In this document: piece after piece, positions 25,001-25,312 of the stretch
Position numbering within the stretch: position 1 is the stretch's first letter
Layout of the letters: the number at the start of each line of letters is the position of its first letter
Assembly: GCA_024626585.2 (NCBI GenBank)
Contig: JANKJI020000004.1
Location: forward strand, 6,649,541-6,674,852
Length of the DNA: 25,312 nucleotides
From: Ginkgo biloba
Lineage: Eukaryota; Plantae; Ginkgophyta
Direction: 5' to 3'
Made by a program: the position numbers and the translations under genes
Notes under the pieces: generated by a model
Seen by the model: the letters and a program-made list of their open reading frames with translations, nothing else
Database searches by the model: none
Told to the model about the DNA's origin: nothing

Positions 25001-25312
25001 TATGTCTATTATTACATTTGGAAATATTTATTAATATAAATTTTTTAAATATTAATAATATTTAAGAAATTATTTGTAGTTAAGAAATTAATGAGGATAT
25101 AATGTTGATTGGATTTATGTTGTATTTAAAAGAGTACAAAATGTTATGATAAGGTAGTGGTTTTAACAAGCAGTTAATTAGCAAGGTTTGAAAGCATGGA
25201 GGTTAGTTTAATATTTTGTTGTCAAATAATGTCCTCGTAGTTGTCTCTAGGAGGAATGGTACCAAACATAGGTGGTACTTATTTTTTCATAGCCATCATC
25301 CTCCCTAGTCGA

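Overview
AT-rich, gap-ridden draft plant nuclear DNA. The PPR motif style and heavily decayed TE background suggest a large-genome seed plant, possibly a gymnosperm, but this is an inference. Three gaps of exactly 100 N (6922-7021, 20247-20346, 21913-22012) look like unknown-size scaffold joins, so the window is four blocks whose adjacency is not proven. There are two intronless PLS-class pentatricopeptide-repeat genes. PPR-A (+, <7022-9438) has at least 18 PPR motifs plus E1-E2 and a complete DYW cytidine deaminase ending in NYW, and its 5' end is lost in a gap. PPR-B (-, 21456->20347) has an N-terminal extension and about 9 motifs, and its 3' end is lost in a gap. Between them lie a decayed Ty3/gypsy (Tat/Athila-like) protease-RT region, a decayed hAT (BED-DUF659-dimerisation) transposase, the 5' end of an LTR retrotransposon with a tRNA-iMet primer-binding site, and a minisatellite with a duplication-inversion structure. 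I found no convincing undescribed biological system. The most testable observations are the predicted PPR-A editing target, the template-switch-like minisatellite hairpin, and a possible retrotransposon-split 3' end of PPR-B.
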